This document shows positions 12,721 through 25,900 of a stretch of DNA of 64,000 nt, in pieces. Under the pieces are notes generated by a model. The model was not told the DNA's origin, made no database searches, and worked only from the letters and a program-made list of their open reading frames with translations. Numbering within the stretch: the stretch's first letter is position 1; each line of letters starts with the position of its first letter. Made by a program: the position numbers and the translations under genes. The stretch is from Raillietiella orientalis (Eukaryota): contig JAYWIR010000025.1 in assembly GCA_036172245.1 (NCBI GenBank), forward strand, positions 2,046,001 to 2,110,000, written 5' to 3'.

Positions 12721-15700
12721 TGCGTAAATACATCCTTCTTTTTTTTCTTTCTTTTTTATCTTGGTGCACGGCTAGTTCTGAAAAAAAATCAGAGACCAAT
12801 AGGTCAGAGATCCGGGTGACTCCGGGACCAGTTCTCCGCCACATGCTCGAGCTAGAGACGCGAAAGCAATGTCCAGTGGCTGTGATAGACATTAGCAAAG
12901 TTCCCAACTCAGGCCACGCCTCCGGGAACGTCCCTCCCTGCGCTCAGGTTGAGTACGTCGTGAACACGCGCGCAGCTACGCATTCTGATAGCAGCCAAAA
13001 GGCCGGGAATCGGCACGCGGGAACGAATGCGCGGAACTGCTCTCCTCGTCGGACTTGCAACGGTAGTCTTTGGCGGTTGAGACCGTTGGGTTGCCTGGTT
13101 GTTTCCTTTTCCCGCGACCTCGGCTGTCGGCACCGAGCTGAGCGGGCATAGCTTTCGCGGATGAACGGATGCTCCCCGGGCTCGGTTACTGTGTTTGCGT
13201 CGTTGCATCCGTGACGAAATTTGCGCCGGCCTGCGTTGCCCGGGTTTCGGGCTTGCGACCCGCTCTACTCCACCACGTGGCTCGGTCCTCTGGATGTGCG
13301 CGCGCTCATTTGCTGGGGAACGGCACGGGACAGTTCTGCAATCCTTGCAAACGTCGAGCTGGTAACCATCCTCCGTCCAAGGCTGCTGTGGGTTCGAGCG
13401 CAAGGTGCGAGCAGAGGGTCGCCAACCGCTGGTGAAAGAGAGCAAGCAAGCCGACAAAAGAACTCATTTGTTTTCGTCGAGCTTGCTGCGTAAACATCCC
13501 TCGGACGCGACCGACACTTCAGACAGCGGCTGTCGCCTGCAAAGTCCCTCCGTTCTCAAAGTTGAGATTCGCGGAATGCTAATGGTCCATCATCTGCTTT
13601 CTATTCGGGGAGAGTTCCTGACTTGCTCGTGTCGGTGTGGAGGAGAGAGTCGGGAGAAACACTTCCTGAGCGGTTCCTTGAAAAAAACAAACAAACGGGA
13701 GAAGCCAATCCAATACAACAACCCCCCAGCATCCTACCCATTCCGCTCGGAGGAGCGGAGTGCATGGATTTGGTCCCGCCGGCACCAATCTAGGTCCTCT
13801 CGCTAGCATCCAGACTGCCGATATTCGAAAAGTCACCGAACCGGAAGCATCAAGACGATCAGTGGTCCTGGTCCGATGTGGATGATTTCTATCACGAGGA
13901 GGGTTAGGAACGCTCCGCGCGAATGCCATGTTTGAAAATCCCGATTCCACTTCCGCCACAAGTAAAAAGCATTATCAGGATTTGCTCGGCTTCCCCCTTC
14001 CCCTTCATTTTTCGATCAGCAGTCAGAGAGCCTTTCCTTGAGATCTGAACCTGCAATCGTTGGTTCACGGAGGCTTCCACCTACTGGTTGCACCTGTGAG
14101 GTTGTAGACAACGCATGCAATCCATGCAAGAAAAAAAGAAACACGCACTCCCATTGTAAGTTACGAGGTGCGCGAGTGAACCCCCGAAACCAATGCTTCT
14201 GCTCACGTTGGTAAACCACGTTGAAGATGTCCTGGGAAGGACAGTGGGGTGCCATGCACTCCGTGGGAAGATTGTTAAACGAGACGCGTGAATCGAGACG
14301 ATGTGTCTCAGTGAGCTACTCTCTTGTGCACTGGCATAATTCATCTTTGGAACGAGTTCAAGCGCAGTTCCTTGCCCAGGCGCCTCGAAAGCTGTTGCGG
14401 ATGAGACGTGAAATGAAGCATCTCTTCGTGACAAAGAATCTGCTCTCGAACGCTGCCCTCTGGAAGGGAGATCTTCCATTTTAGCTAGAAACACCTAGAA
14501 ACACCTACAAACCCCAAGAGCAGTTTAGGATCCAGAGGATGCCCACAAGGAGCGGTCTGTATGAGCAAAGAGCTCCCCTTTCTTGGCTGCGAAAAAAAAA
14601 AAAAACACTGAAGTGGCTCCGGGAACTTGACGGCTGTATTGTGGATGTCCCTTGGTCACAGAGAGTTTGCAGTATTCAAGATCTCTAATGTGTGAATTTT
14701 CATATCTAAAGGAGTTCGGCTTCCTTGCACAGATACCATATGGATTGGTGCTGTGCTCTGCGGATGTTGTGAGAAGCCATTTTGGATGTTGATGATTTGA
14801 TAGAAATTGATTTAGTCTCTAATTCAGATCAGGATGGGCTCAGAGAGTGCCATTCGGAATCTTTCCGTTCCGGATTCCGCCCACCGTTGAGCGGACTCGC
14901 ATCGACCAATGAGCGTTCTCATTTTGGATTCTTATTTTGCCTTCCTTTTCACTTTTCAATCGCTATTCGTCGTTCCTCCGAGGGTCATGAGATCCTGGGA
15001 GGAAGCAACTTGGGGATTTTGCTGTTTCGTTTCCTTCCCGCTCCTCCTGTTCGAGAACAAAAGGGTAACCCAGCAATCCGACGGTGCATACGAACGGGGG
15101 AGCATGGATCAAGATGGCTGCGAGGTCTGTTTTCTGGAAGAACCGGGGGAAAAGAAAAAACCCGGAAGGGGAAAAAAAGATGGAAGAAGAAAGGAGAAAA
15201 AAATTCAGCTCCATGCTGCGAGCCTTCCCGCCCTTCGATGCGTGAGCGGTGATGCCTCGGCCTGCAGCTGGTCTTCGCTCGCTCCCTCCACATCGCGTTC
15301 AGACTTCCTCCGCGAACCACGCAGGATAGTCGCGCGCTCCTGCTGTTTGCCCGGCGTTCCTGGACGGGTTCCTGTCTATTCACAAGGAATTGGCGTGCGC
15401 TGCTTGTGACAGCCATTGGCACAGGATGACCGAGTTGGACTATCGGATTGATCAACTAACAGCCACAGCAGCAACCTCCACCCCATTCCCTCTCCTCAGA
15501 GAGCCACTCTTCCGTCTCCAGGATGCACCGAGAGGAGAGACGCTTTGGTTCCCGCTTCCCCTGTCCGATGTGAACGCGCTGGCAAGTCCATGGGCACGCA
15601 GCCACTCGCTCCTCCAGCCGTTTCCACGAAAGGGATGCGGCATCTTTGTCCTGCAGTCCAGAGTCCCGAAGGCATCAGAGGAGGCTCTGTGGTCTCCAGG

Positions 15701-16980
15701 CTCTGTGGAATTCCCGGAGCCGTCTCTCGACCTTTCTTCCTCCCGGCCGGCCCCATTGCCCTCAGCTTTTCCCCACGCGTCCCTTCCCTCCCTCCGCGAC
15801 TCCGCCACGAAAATGGGTCGGCGAGGGAGCAGCGTCCGGCTCTTTCAGGATCGTGCCGTCCTCATCCCTCTGCCCCCTCCTCGAGGCGAGGCACCAGCGT
15901 CCGAGGTGGCGCCTCTGCGAGCAGCGAAGGAGGACGTTCCACCTTCCAAAGTACCACGGAAACGTCGCCACCGCCGAAATCAACAAGGGGCTTCCGTCCC
16001 CGCGGCGCAGTCCACAAGGGAGAGGAGTGTATGCGCGTTGCGAGGTAGCGGTTCTCTTTTCCCGTCCGCTTCTTTCCCGTCCCTGTCGTCGGGAAGCTCT
16101 CGGGTGGCTGTTGGCGACGAATATCCAGCTTGCAGAAGGACACGTCCGGCCACGAGGAGGATAAGAGTCCCTTCTCCCTCCCAGTCTGGAGTTTCGACCT
16201 CGAGGAACGTCCCGCATGCCGGCCATTGCCGATCAGGCGGAAGGCGCCTGAGAGGGAGCGTCCAGAAGACGCGCTCTGGCACTCGGTCCACCCTCCCAGA
16301 CGGCCAGCGCGGGCGAAAGGAGCCCTGAGAAAACGGCCGCCGCCATCCCCCAGCTCAGGGTGCGGGCGCTTCGGATCGGCTGAGCGCGGCAGGGGCGGAA
16401 GAGAAAGCTGAGCGACGGGAGATCACTGCCTTTGAGGAAAGACACGCAAGAAAAAGGTACTTGCTGTTGGACCTTCTCTCGGCGAGGCTGCGGGCGTCCT
16501 CAGCCGGGACGCACCTGCGCCCCGTTCCTCTTTTGCATACACCGTGCGCCGCAGACATCCCGTCCCTTTGTCTTGGCACATATTCGGGAAAATCCTGGGG
16601 AACCACTGTCTCTCTATCTATCTCTCTCCTGGTAGGGAAGAGATTAATCACGGGTGCAGCTGTGGCATACGGATCACGCACATGCACGCGGGACGCGACC
16701 AATCAGTTGATTCCGCCCCTCTGATAAATACTGCCCCCATCTCGCAGACAGAAAGATCACATCGAGGAGAGGCTTCAAGAGGACATCGCTCGCTTCCATC
16801 ACCACCGGCAAGGGCGCCGACACCACGACCGCACGCTGCTGCAGCACCTCTCCTCCTCCCCCTCCTCCTCTTCCCCCTCTCCGGCCTCCACCTCTTATCT
16901 TTCCATAGAGCCCCGGGAAACCCTCCACCTGTCGCAGCAGGAGCAGCCGGTCGGAGAACGAGAGCGACTCGGAGTCGACG

Positions 16981-19900
16981 ATGATGATGGGATTTGCAGC
17001 CCTGATTTCAGGCAAGTCCCTTTCGATCGTTGCTCCCTGACCGATCGACTGACCACCTCGGAGCGCTTCGGAGACCCGTCCCCTTCCCCTGCTCGTCGAC
17101 CGACCTCAGCGATCCTTTGCCCGAGGCATCTTCTCCCCGGAGGGTTGGAAGGGGATGGGGTGACCCGGCTTCGCGTGCACACGCCCAGGTGTCCCCGCGA
17201 CCGCGAGTCCTCCCGCGACCCGCGCCCAGTTCCAAGCTGCTGCTCGTTCGCATCGCGCTCCGAGACCAAGGAAGGGGGGAGGTCGAGAAGAATGGGTGAG
17301 GTAGGGGAGGTCTGTAAGACGACCGACATTCACTAGAAGCGGTTGCAGCAGCATCGTTACCCTCTCTCTTCCCTCGTGCGCGCGCGCGACGTTGCACCCC
17401 GTCCCTGCATTGGGGAGCAGGGAGTGGACAATCCATTAAGAATGGCAAAAGGGGATGGAGGATGAGGAGCAGAAGCGACGGAAAAACTCCACCATCTCTC
17501 CGTCTTCACGCTGCATCCTCACCGTCCCACAGGAAAGTGCTGATCTCTCCCGCCGCCACAGGTTGTCTGGTGCTGGCAGCGGTCCTTGAAGCCGCCCCCG
17601 CGGGGGATGGGAAAGATCCGTCGGATTACATGCAGGAACGAAATAGTTTGCTGCTAGAGGAAGACAGTATGTTCTTGGGCGGCAGCTGCACTCTGAACGA
17701 GGAGGAAGAGAAGCTGAACAAGGTGCTCATGGAACTGAAGAAGAGCGACTTCCAGCAGAGCACTCAGATGCCGTTCATGAGGTACTTCACGTACTCCAGA
17801 GATGAAGTGCGCAGCTCGCGGACTTACGAGATCCTGAAGAGCATGCCGAAAGGTAAGTTTTCTCTCCTCTTTTTGGCTCCCTTGCTCTCTAAGAGACTTA
17901 TAAGTCGCCTTCCCTTCCTTTCCACGTGTGGCGTCCCTCGCTCCCGGTCCGGAACGCGTACCCGATCCGCCGGACAGGTGCAGGCCTCCGGGAAGTGTGC
18001 CCCTTGGGTCACCAAGGGGGAGCAGGGAGGAAGTGTGACGGCACACTAGCATTTCGAAGTCGACATGTCCGCATGCCCCTCCCTCTAGCGAGCGATCACG
18101 CATAGCGCGAAAGCGGCACAACACGCGCAGTCGACCTCGACTCAGATCAGCCTTGGAGGCTCCTGGACCGCGCGGCCGGAGGCGGGCCGCACCAAGAGGG
18201 CAAAAGTGACTCTCGACCAGACCGCAAGGCGGCACTCGTTTTCTCTTCCGCACGCGCGACACATCCACAGAGCAAGTTTTTCGGGTCTCCTACGCGTCGG
18301 GAGTGCCGATGGGTCCACCGAACCAGAACGGGGGAAACGCAGCCAGGCCTTCCCCCTAGCTCTGTTCCAGCAGGAGAAAGAACCAGTCCGTTGCTGGGGA
18401 AGGAGGGGGGTTCAGGAAAATTGGAGGTGTCGGCAAAATTCGCCGCATCCCAGAGACCACCGCAATCACGTGCGTTCGCGGTCGAGGAAGCGCTCGCCGA
18501 TGATCAGATCCGGAAGCCACCTCTCTGTGCGCTCCCAGGTCATTAACCTTCTCTCCGCCGAGCAATCGGTCTCTGCTGACCCTCACCAGAGGAGAGTCAA
18601 GACGTCCGCGTCCGCTTCTTCCCTTGGTTGATTCTTGAGGACCAGCTAGGTTTTCGTCCGTCACCCGCGGTATGCTGCAGGGGTCAGGACAGCATCCTCA
18701 TGGCTCACATCCGAGCAGGAGCCCGGCAGCGCGTGCAGGGAATCGCCACTGCCTGTTTCTGAGAGACCCTTGTTCCGGGTCCCGCCCTGGGAGTTCCCTC
18801 GGGGGATTTATCTGGGGCGCTCCGTTGGCTCGCCATATCTCCTTCCATGTCTGTACCTCTGGCGGCCAACATGTCGGCGACCACTCGCCCGAGCCATCCT
18901 GGATGCATCAGCGTACCCTGGATCTTCCCGCCGCAGAAACCCGTCGTTGAAATTGCCTCTTTATAGAAAGATGATCCGCGAACCCGGTCCGGGATGCGCA
19001 CGTCTTCAGGTCCGCCATTGGTTTTGGTCCGCCTGTTTCCCTTTCCTGTCTCAGCGAGTGGTGCACTTTCATTTGAGGGGAAGACTGCTTGAGGCCACGG
19101 TGCCGTTGACTCAAGGGAGGAAAGGGATGCATTCCATACAGGGAGCGGAGCAGCAAACGCAAAATTCGCATGCGCGCTGTCGGGAGAGCAGCAGCTACAT
19201 CGACGGGGACTGTGAGTTGCTGCCATTCTTTGCATTCCTTCCGCTGAGACGATCCACCACGTTTTTTTTTATTTCATTTTTTTTTCTGGCTGCTTCGGCC
19301 TAAGAAGTCAACGCCAGCAGCAAAAAAAAACCTTCCTTGCTGCCTGGATCATCCCTGCTTTAAGAGGATCGCCACGCCCTTACTGAGAAAAAGTCGTCTT
19401 CTTACAATGCGCGGCATAGCATCCGTTTGCGCCTCGGCGCCGCCAGTCACAGGGTTTCGTTGATATTCAAAAGATTCGAGATTCACGAAGGGAGAGGTGC
19501 TCCTCGCGATAGCGCTGTCGTCTCACGTTTCCTGACGCAAAACGCTGATTGTTCCCCGGAAATGAGGAACGGAAGCGTAAGGGATGGGCCATCAGGTTTT
19601 TCTGCCTTGCGTCTTCCTCCTCGTGGTCTTTCCTGCGACCCGAGCGGCGTCCTCTTTGATTTCAGGGCGGAGCTGAGGCCTCCCTGACACCCTCTACGTC
19701 AGGGACGGGATGAAGCGAATGGCCGCCCTCCAGTACTGCTTCTCGCTGCGCCACCATGTGGCGACTTGCGACTTCGGCACGGAGGATGTGCTAGCGGCGG
19801 CTTGGGGCTGCAAAGTCATTTCCGCGTGAACGCTCTCTCTGCAGAAGTTGCCGAGGGAGTCTCCTGGGTGCAGGAGGGACGCTGCCATCCACTGCGAAGG

Positions 19901-22900
19901 AGGAACTCGCCGTGCGGAAGCGATTCGACTGCTCCGCGCCTGGCGCGATTCGGGGACGCGCCCGTCCCTCTCGGCCTTTTGGCTGAAATCAAAAATACCT
20001 CCCCGTCCAGTGGTTCAGGGGCCGGTCCCACGGGAAACCATGGCGCAGGAAGAGTGGTGTGTCGCGACGCGTTGCCTCCGGAAGGGAAAGCACCGAACCG
20101 GGGGCCAGGAGGACGCCGGGGACCACAGAGAGGAACAGCTAGAGGAACGCGGAGACTGCCCGCGCCCAAGGGTGGTGCGATCCTTGCGCCCAAACACTTG
20201 ACGTCGTGGCATTTGAAAGTTCTCGAACGATCAGCCACTCCCTCTATGCAGAAGGAGATTAAGCCAGCTGTCATCACACCCCACCTTCACCCCATAGGGT
20301 AGACACCTCCGAGTCTACGGGGGTTTTGCTAGAGCGCGCTGATTTCTTGGGACTCCGTTGTGCCCCCTGAAGAAAGCCTATCCCAAGAAGTTAGAACAGA
20401 GCAGGTCTGAGACCCGTGCACGGGTGTCCACAGTCTCCCGTCATCACGCGTTATGTAATTCGGCGGCAGGCTGGAGATCCGCAGCAGGAAGGGTCTTTCG
20501 ACCTGTTGTGGTTTCGGGAGAGCGGAGGCGCTAGTCCCTCGCGGGCTGTCGCACACCTAGAATGCCACTCGCAGGAATAGTGTTGGTTCCGGTTTCCCCA
20601 GCGCCAGCAGGCCTGAATTTCGTCGCTGCTGAGGCGAAGACGGGAGGCGGGCTGTTCCAGAGTGAAGATGCTGTGCTGCTGAGGTGAAGACGGGTTCGCC
20701 GCCTGGAGCTAGGACGGCGTGCCTTTCCTTCGGCCCCCCGGGGAAGGGGGTTTCGCCGTTGCTTCAAGGTTGCTTGCCTCCTGACAGTTACTATCTATAA
20801 GGTGTAAATTTTGACGTCCTTCTTTGTGGGATGGCCCGACCGTTTGGGCGTGTGCTCGGTAGTGTGGAAGGTGTCCAATCTGGTGAGTCCAGCGGATGCC
20901 CCGGCTACTGTTGGATACGGAACACGACATCGCCATCTTGCCAAGCTGCCTTGCACACGTTCTTGGGATTTTCAGCGCTCGCAAAACATCGTCTTTTCTT
21001 GGGATCTTGGCATTCCGGTGTCCTGAAGCAAATCCTGCAAACTGACCTTGTGTTTGTGCTACCGGGGGCGAGAAAGAAGAAGCGCTTTTTCGGTGTTTCC
21101 TTCTTCAGGAGGCTGCCACACGAACTTTTGTTCCCGTTCGCGTTCCACCTTCGTCCCCGTGGACACCGCAAGGAGCGAAAAGTTGAACATATCCCTTTCT
21201 GTTGGACTTGAAGTTGCAGTGAGGGCGGATACGTACCGCCTACGCACTCCACGTTTCTCTGATAATGCATTTCCAGGGGCGGTGCTGCACGTCCACGAAA
21301 TGGCCACTGTGTCCCCCGACTTTATCATCCGCAACCTCACCTACAGAAAAGACCTGTACGTCTGCATGTACGACGGGAAAATGAGGTTTACGTTCTACCA
21401 AGACACCTCCTGCAATTGGAAAGAAGTAAGTTGCGCACGTCAGGAAGTCGGAGAAGCTGAATTCGACGAGTATATCAAAGGCAATCTGAGCTTTTATAAG
21501 CGCGACATCGACCGTGAGTTGCTGCAGTTTCACCTCGGGTCAAGTCGTTGTCTAGAAACTTATCCCACCATCGGCAGCATATGGAAATCATTCGAAGGCT
21601 ACTTCACATGCGTGAAGGATCTAATAATCTTTGAAGAGGTGTTGCCGATCTACGTGTACCAAAGTTTCCAAGAGATGTATGATGACAATGTGATGTACGC
21701 CGAAATAAGAACCGTCTTGCCTCAGGTATCTTCCACCCACTTTCGACATCCGCGTGTTGCAAGCATGCTTCGAATCTGCAGATCGCAGCGAAAGGCAATT
21801 CGGTCTCGCTCTTCGCAAACTTCGCAAACGCTGACACGGAATGCATTAGGAATTTCCGAAAGATGAGAAAACTCCTGTACGTGCCCGGCCGTGCATCGTT
21901 CCCGGCGCAACTTGCATCTCGAGCACTCTCCTCTGCTTCCTCCATACTCTCTTCCGGATCATGCTGCCGAGAGTTCGCTCCTGTCCTGGCCTGACCAGCG
22001 CTCCCCGACTAGCAATTCCGAAAATCAGCTCGTTCGCTTCGCTGCCTCTGGTCACCTCTGCAAGGTCTCTTGCCCGAATCAAGACATCCACATGTCATGG
22101 ATCTCTCCAGGTCACCGCCAGACGCAGTCGAACCGAAAGCAAAGGCTGCTGTCGTTGACGATGGCCAATTGGCGTCGTTGCGTTCGGAAATACCCAAAGG
22201 TCACCGGCGAAGCGTGCCAAACGTTTCGTCGACAGGCAGTTGGTTGCGGAGGTCGCTCGCACGACATGCTGCTCTGGCTTGCACAGGCTTTCCGTGCTGA
22301 CCAAAGTGTTCACGCCGTCGGCTGAACTACGAGCGCAGTGAGGAGCAGAAAAAATTCGCGCAAAGACGAAACGGCAAGCGAAACGTGAAAAGACAGCAAA
22401 GCGTATCTGGTAGAAACGTGTGGGTGGGACTGCAAGGAGAGGATGCGAGGTTGGTTCTGTTGCTGAATCGGACGACATCGGAGACACGACAGGGATTCTG
22501 ATTATCAGCCTTAGAAAGCGAACTCCCTGGGATCCAGCGAAAAGTAGAACAGGAATGGCATGCGCGCGACCAGGAGCAGTCTCCAGCCTCGTGAGACCGG
22601 ACGTGGACGGGCGTCCTCATGGAGGGGGGAAGTTCTTTTTCGCCGGTGCAAGGAAGGAACCGTTTCGCCGCATGAATTTCCACGAGCGCAGAATGCCTGG
22701 AAACTCTTGCGGAGCGAAACTCTCGTTGTGGGAGATGCACATAAGAAATCGTGGAGGACCGCAGCAATCGGGAAGCTTCACTTTTCGAGAAGAGCGGAAG
22801 AGCGTATATGTCGAAGACCAAACGGAACTTCGGGCTCCTTGGTCCGATAGGGCAGCAGGAGGGTTCGGTGAGGGACACTGCTTGGGTAGGAAAACGCCCT

Positions 22901-25900
22901 TTCTTTCGCGACGCTTTCGCAGCGAAAGAAAAACCAAACAGCAGAAATGCCATTTCTGTTCGCCGTTGGACTTTTGACCTTTTGATGTGTCTCGTGAGAC
23001 AACGACTGTATGAGGGCGGTGATTGGGAGGTGGGAACGCACCTGGAAGCACTTGGTCGCAGTTGCTACAGCACGTGCAACCGGAAGCTAGTGTTGGACGC
23101 TTCGTCGAGTGTTTCCTTGGAGAGAGCTCAGCAAAGGAAAGGGATCAGCCTGGAGGAATGAACAGAAGCCATAATCAGGAAGACACAGAGAGGAGATCAC
23201 TCTCCCTACTGCTGAGTCGGAATGAAAGGAGGGAACTTCGGTTGAACGTACGATCCGAGTAGCGGGGATTGGTTCCGATGATTTTTACCTCCTCATTTGT
23301 TTGTTTGAGAATAACCATTTATGGGTAGGTTGGAAAGAAAATGTGGGACGGTTTTCGGGAAGCTCTCCACCTACCAGACAACCAAAAAATCGGCAGCCGT
23401 CAGTCGATCTGAAGTTTCCTCTTGGAACCATCTAAAGCTTTCGCACGTGTAGATGTGCTGATGCCTACGCTACTAGTAATGGCGAGCCTTTCGCTTGTCA
23501 CCCGGTCACGCCAGGTCATTTATCGTAAGCATAAAACACAAACCTCCATACATACAGCCATAAGATAGAGAGCGATCACGCTGCCAGAAGGGAAGCTCCC
23601 ACTTCACAAAGACAAAAAAGGGGGAGAGAAACGGTTCTCTATGGGTCAGTTCCTGTGTAGAGTTCGGTTTCCACCGAGAGGGGGTACAGTTAATGAAAAA
23701 TGAAAAAACAAAAAACCAAAAACGAAAACAAAGCACAACAAAATTATCAATCTCCAAGAGAGGGTGGTGGGAGCGTGGTATCCACCGGCTGGAGCTTTCT
23801 GCATGCCACCGTCACGAGTGAATCACGAATTCCGCGTGGGACTGTGAGAAGCTTCCAGAGCGTCCACGTCTTTGTTAAGAAAATCTATAAATAGCCCGGC
23901 GAGAAATCTCACGCACTTCATTGTTGCGTGACGCTTATGTATAGCCTGCAAGAGAGTCGCAGGGTGCACGCATCACTTTTACGAAATATTCTTGTAGCTT
24001 TGCACACTTGAAGCGTCGATAAGTACGGACACACTACGACGTGCATCCTAAGGTACACACTTTATCCCGGCTTCCAGCCGTGCACTGTATAGGCGCCTGT
24101 GCCGGTGGAACGTGTTCCGCCGCTCGTGCAGTTGCGAACGCAGCGAAGCTCCTCTCCGATCCCCATCTCAGTGAAGTCTCAGCGCATCCGGAATTGCGGT
24201 CCTAACTGCGGATTATCGAGGAAGCAAAGGAGAGAAATGCCAGACGCTGAGATTCGTGAAGTAAATGCATCCAACCCAAATGTCTCTTCTGCATTTCAAG
24301 GCGCTCCGGCCTGGCACAAGGGTTCACGCGCTGTGGTTCCATCTTAGGCGCGGCTCGTGGACATCTTTGCAGCCCGCGCGATTCGGCGGCTGCTGGCTCC
24401 TTCCGAGGCCGAGACCGAAAAGGGTTACCCGCGCTGAGAGCTCTCGAAGAGGGTGAGACGCGCCGTCCTTAGAGTCTCATCTGAAAAGCGACTCCCTGAG
24501 TAGAAGGAAGAAGTCTGCTTTCCTTGAAAAAACGCCATGGACTCTAGGGGACGGGGCAGATTCCAAGGAGAACGTTGGAGAGCGTTCCTTAAATGGTGCG
24601 GTACATCGGCCGCTCTCGGACCTTCCTTTGGTTTTGGGGCACGCGCAAGATTGGGCTGTGGCGAGTCGGAAGACAAGGGAAGTAGCGTCTCCTTAGCTCG
24701 GAAGCGGCAAGTCCGGGGTCGAGGCAAGGAGGAACCGAATTCGAAGGGAGCTGGAACGCCGCGCGTTGGTTCTGCTGTTCATGATGTCCGGCAACGCGAT
24801 GACCCTTTGCCGTCTCGGTTCCTTTCGGGGAGCAGGAAATACGCAGCTCCGAAGGCGATGTGTAGCGTAGCAACCTTCTTGCACGGATTGGGCTCTGTGC
24901 AGTCGCTAGCCACCAGCGACCTCTCCCTGAAGAGGTCGCCGTTCTCATCGCAAGGGCAAAAAAAAAAAAAAAAAGAGGCATGAGTGCAGCGTTCGGCTGA
25001 TTCCGTTGCGCTGTCACGCGTAGATGCCCACACGCCTCCGTTCTGTCGAAAGCAATAGCATGGCGTGCTCGCGACCCGTCGCGCCCCACTCCGATGTTGG
25101 ATGAGGAGGGATGGGTTCTCCGGTTGGATGAGACCTGCAACCTGATTCCTATCCAGGCCTACACCAGAGATGGTACCCTGCTCCCGAAGAGCCACCTGAT
25201 AAAGGTTTACAGGGATGAGGCGGAAAAGTTCAAGCAGGATCATCCAGGTTTCCATGGAGTCAAACTCATTCTGTGCGGGTACAAGAGCATGGAAGTCAAA
25301 GAGCTTGAATCCGATTACGAAGAGGCCCAGAGACTCCAGGATGAATTTCCGGATGTCGTCATCGGCTACGATGTGGTCGGATATGAGGACATGGGGAAGT
25401 CTTTGCTGGAGTACAAGGATGTCTTTTTAAACGCGAGCAATCTGTTCTTCGTCTTCCATGCGGGAGAAACACGTGAGTCTGGGCTCCTTCACCCTTTCTT
25501 CCCCCAACCCGCGAATCCTGACCTCTGCATCCCCCCTCCTCCCCCTCTTCCTTCTTTCCCGTCGCGCTCGCCCCTCGCAAGGAGAATTCTCTGCTTCCAG
25601 TTTGGCATGGAACCAGAGCTGACGAAAATGTGATTGACTCCCTCCTCCTGGGAAGTAAAAGGATTGGGCACGGACTTTCGCTGCCGAAGCACCCAGTCGT
25701 GCAGAAGCGGATGATGGAGCTCTGCATCTGCCTGGAGGTCAACCCCATATCCAATCAGGTATGATCCCGGGATTCCGAACGGGGTGGCGGCGACGCCTCC
25801 GCCCCGTTCGAATCGGGATAGGCGGCTGCGGCTCGTGTGTGATCCTCTGCCTCCTCGAGCAGGAGGGATACGCCTTCCCTAGGGGCATTCCCCGCTTCGG

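Noticed and set aside
13885..13910. HDV-like ribozyme (minus-strand CCTCCTCGTG, L3-like) upstream of LINE copy 1; similar motif at ~19615
   Set aside because: P3 and P1 pairings of the nested double pseudoknot could not be formed by eye.
13500..14500. APE endonuclease domain of LINE copy 1
   Set aside because: Only vague resemblances (TIAGSDL, DRLD, DH); too degenerate to call without a profile search.
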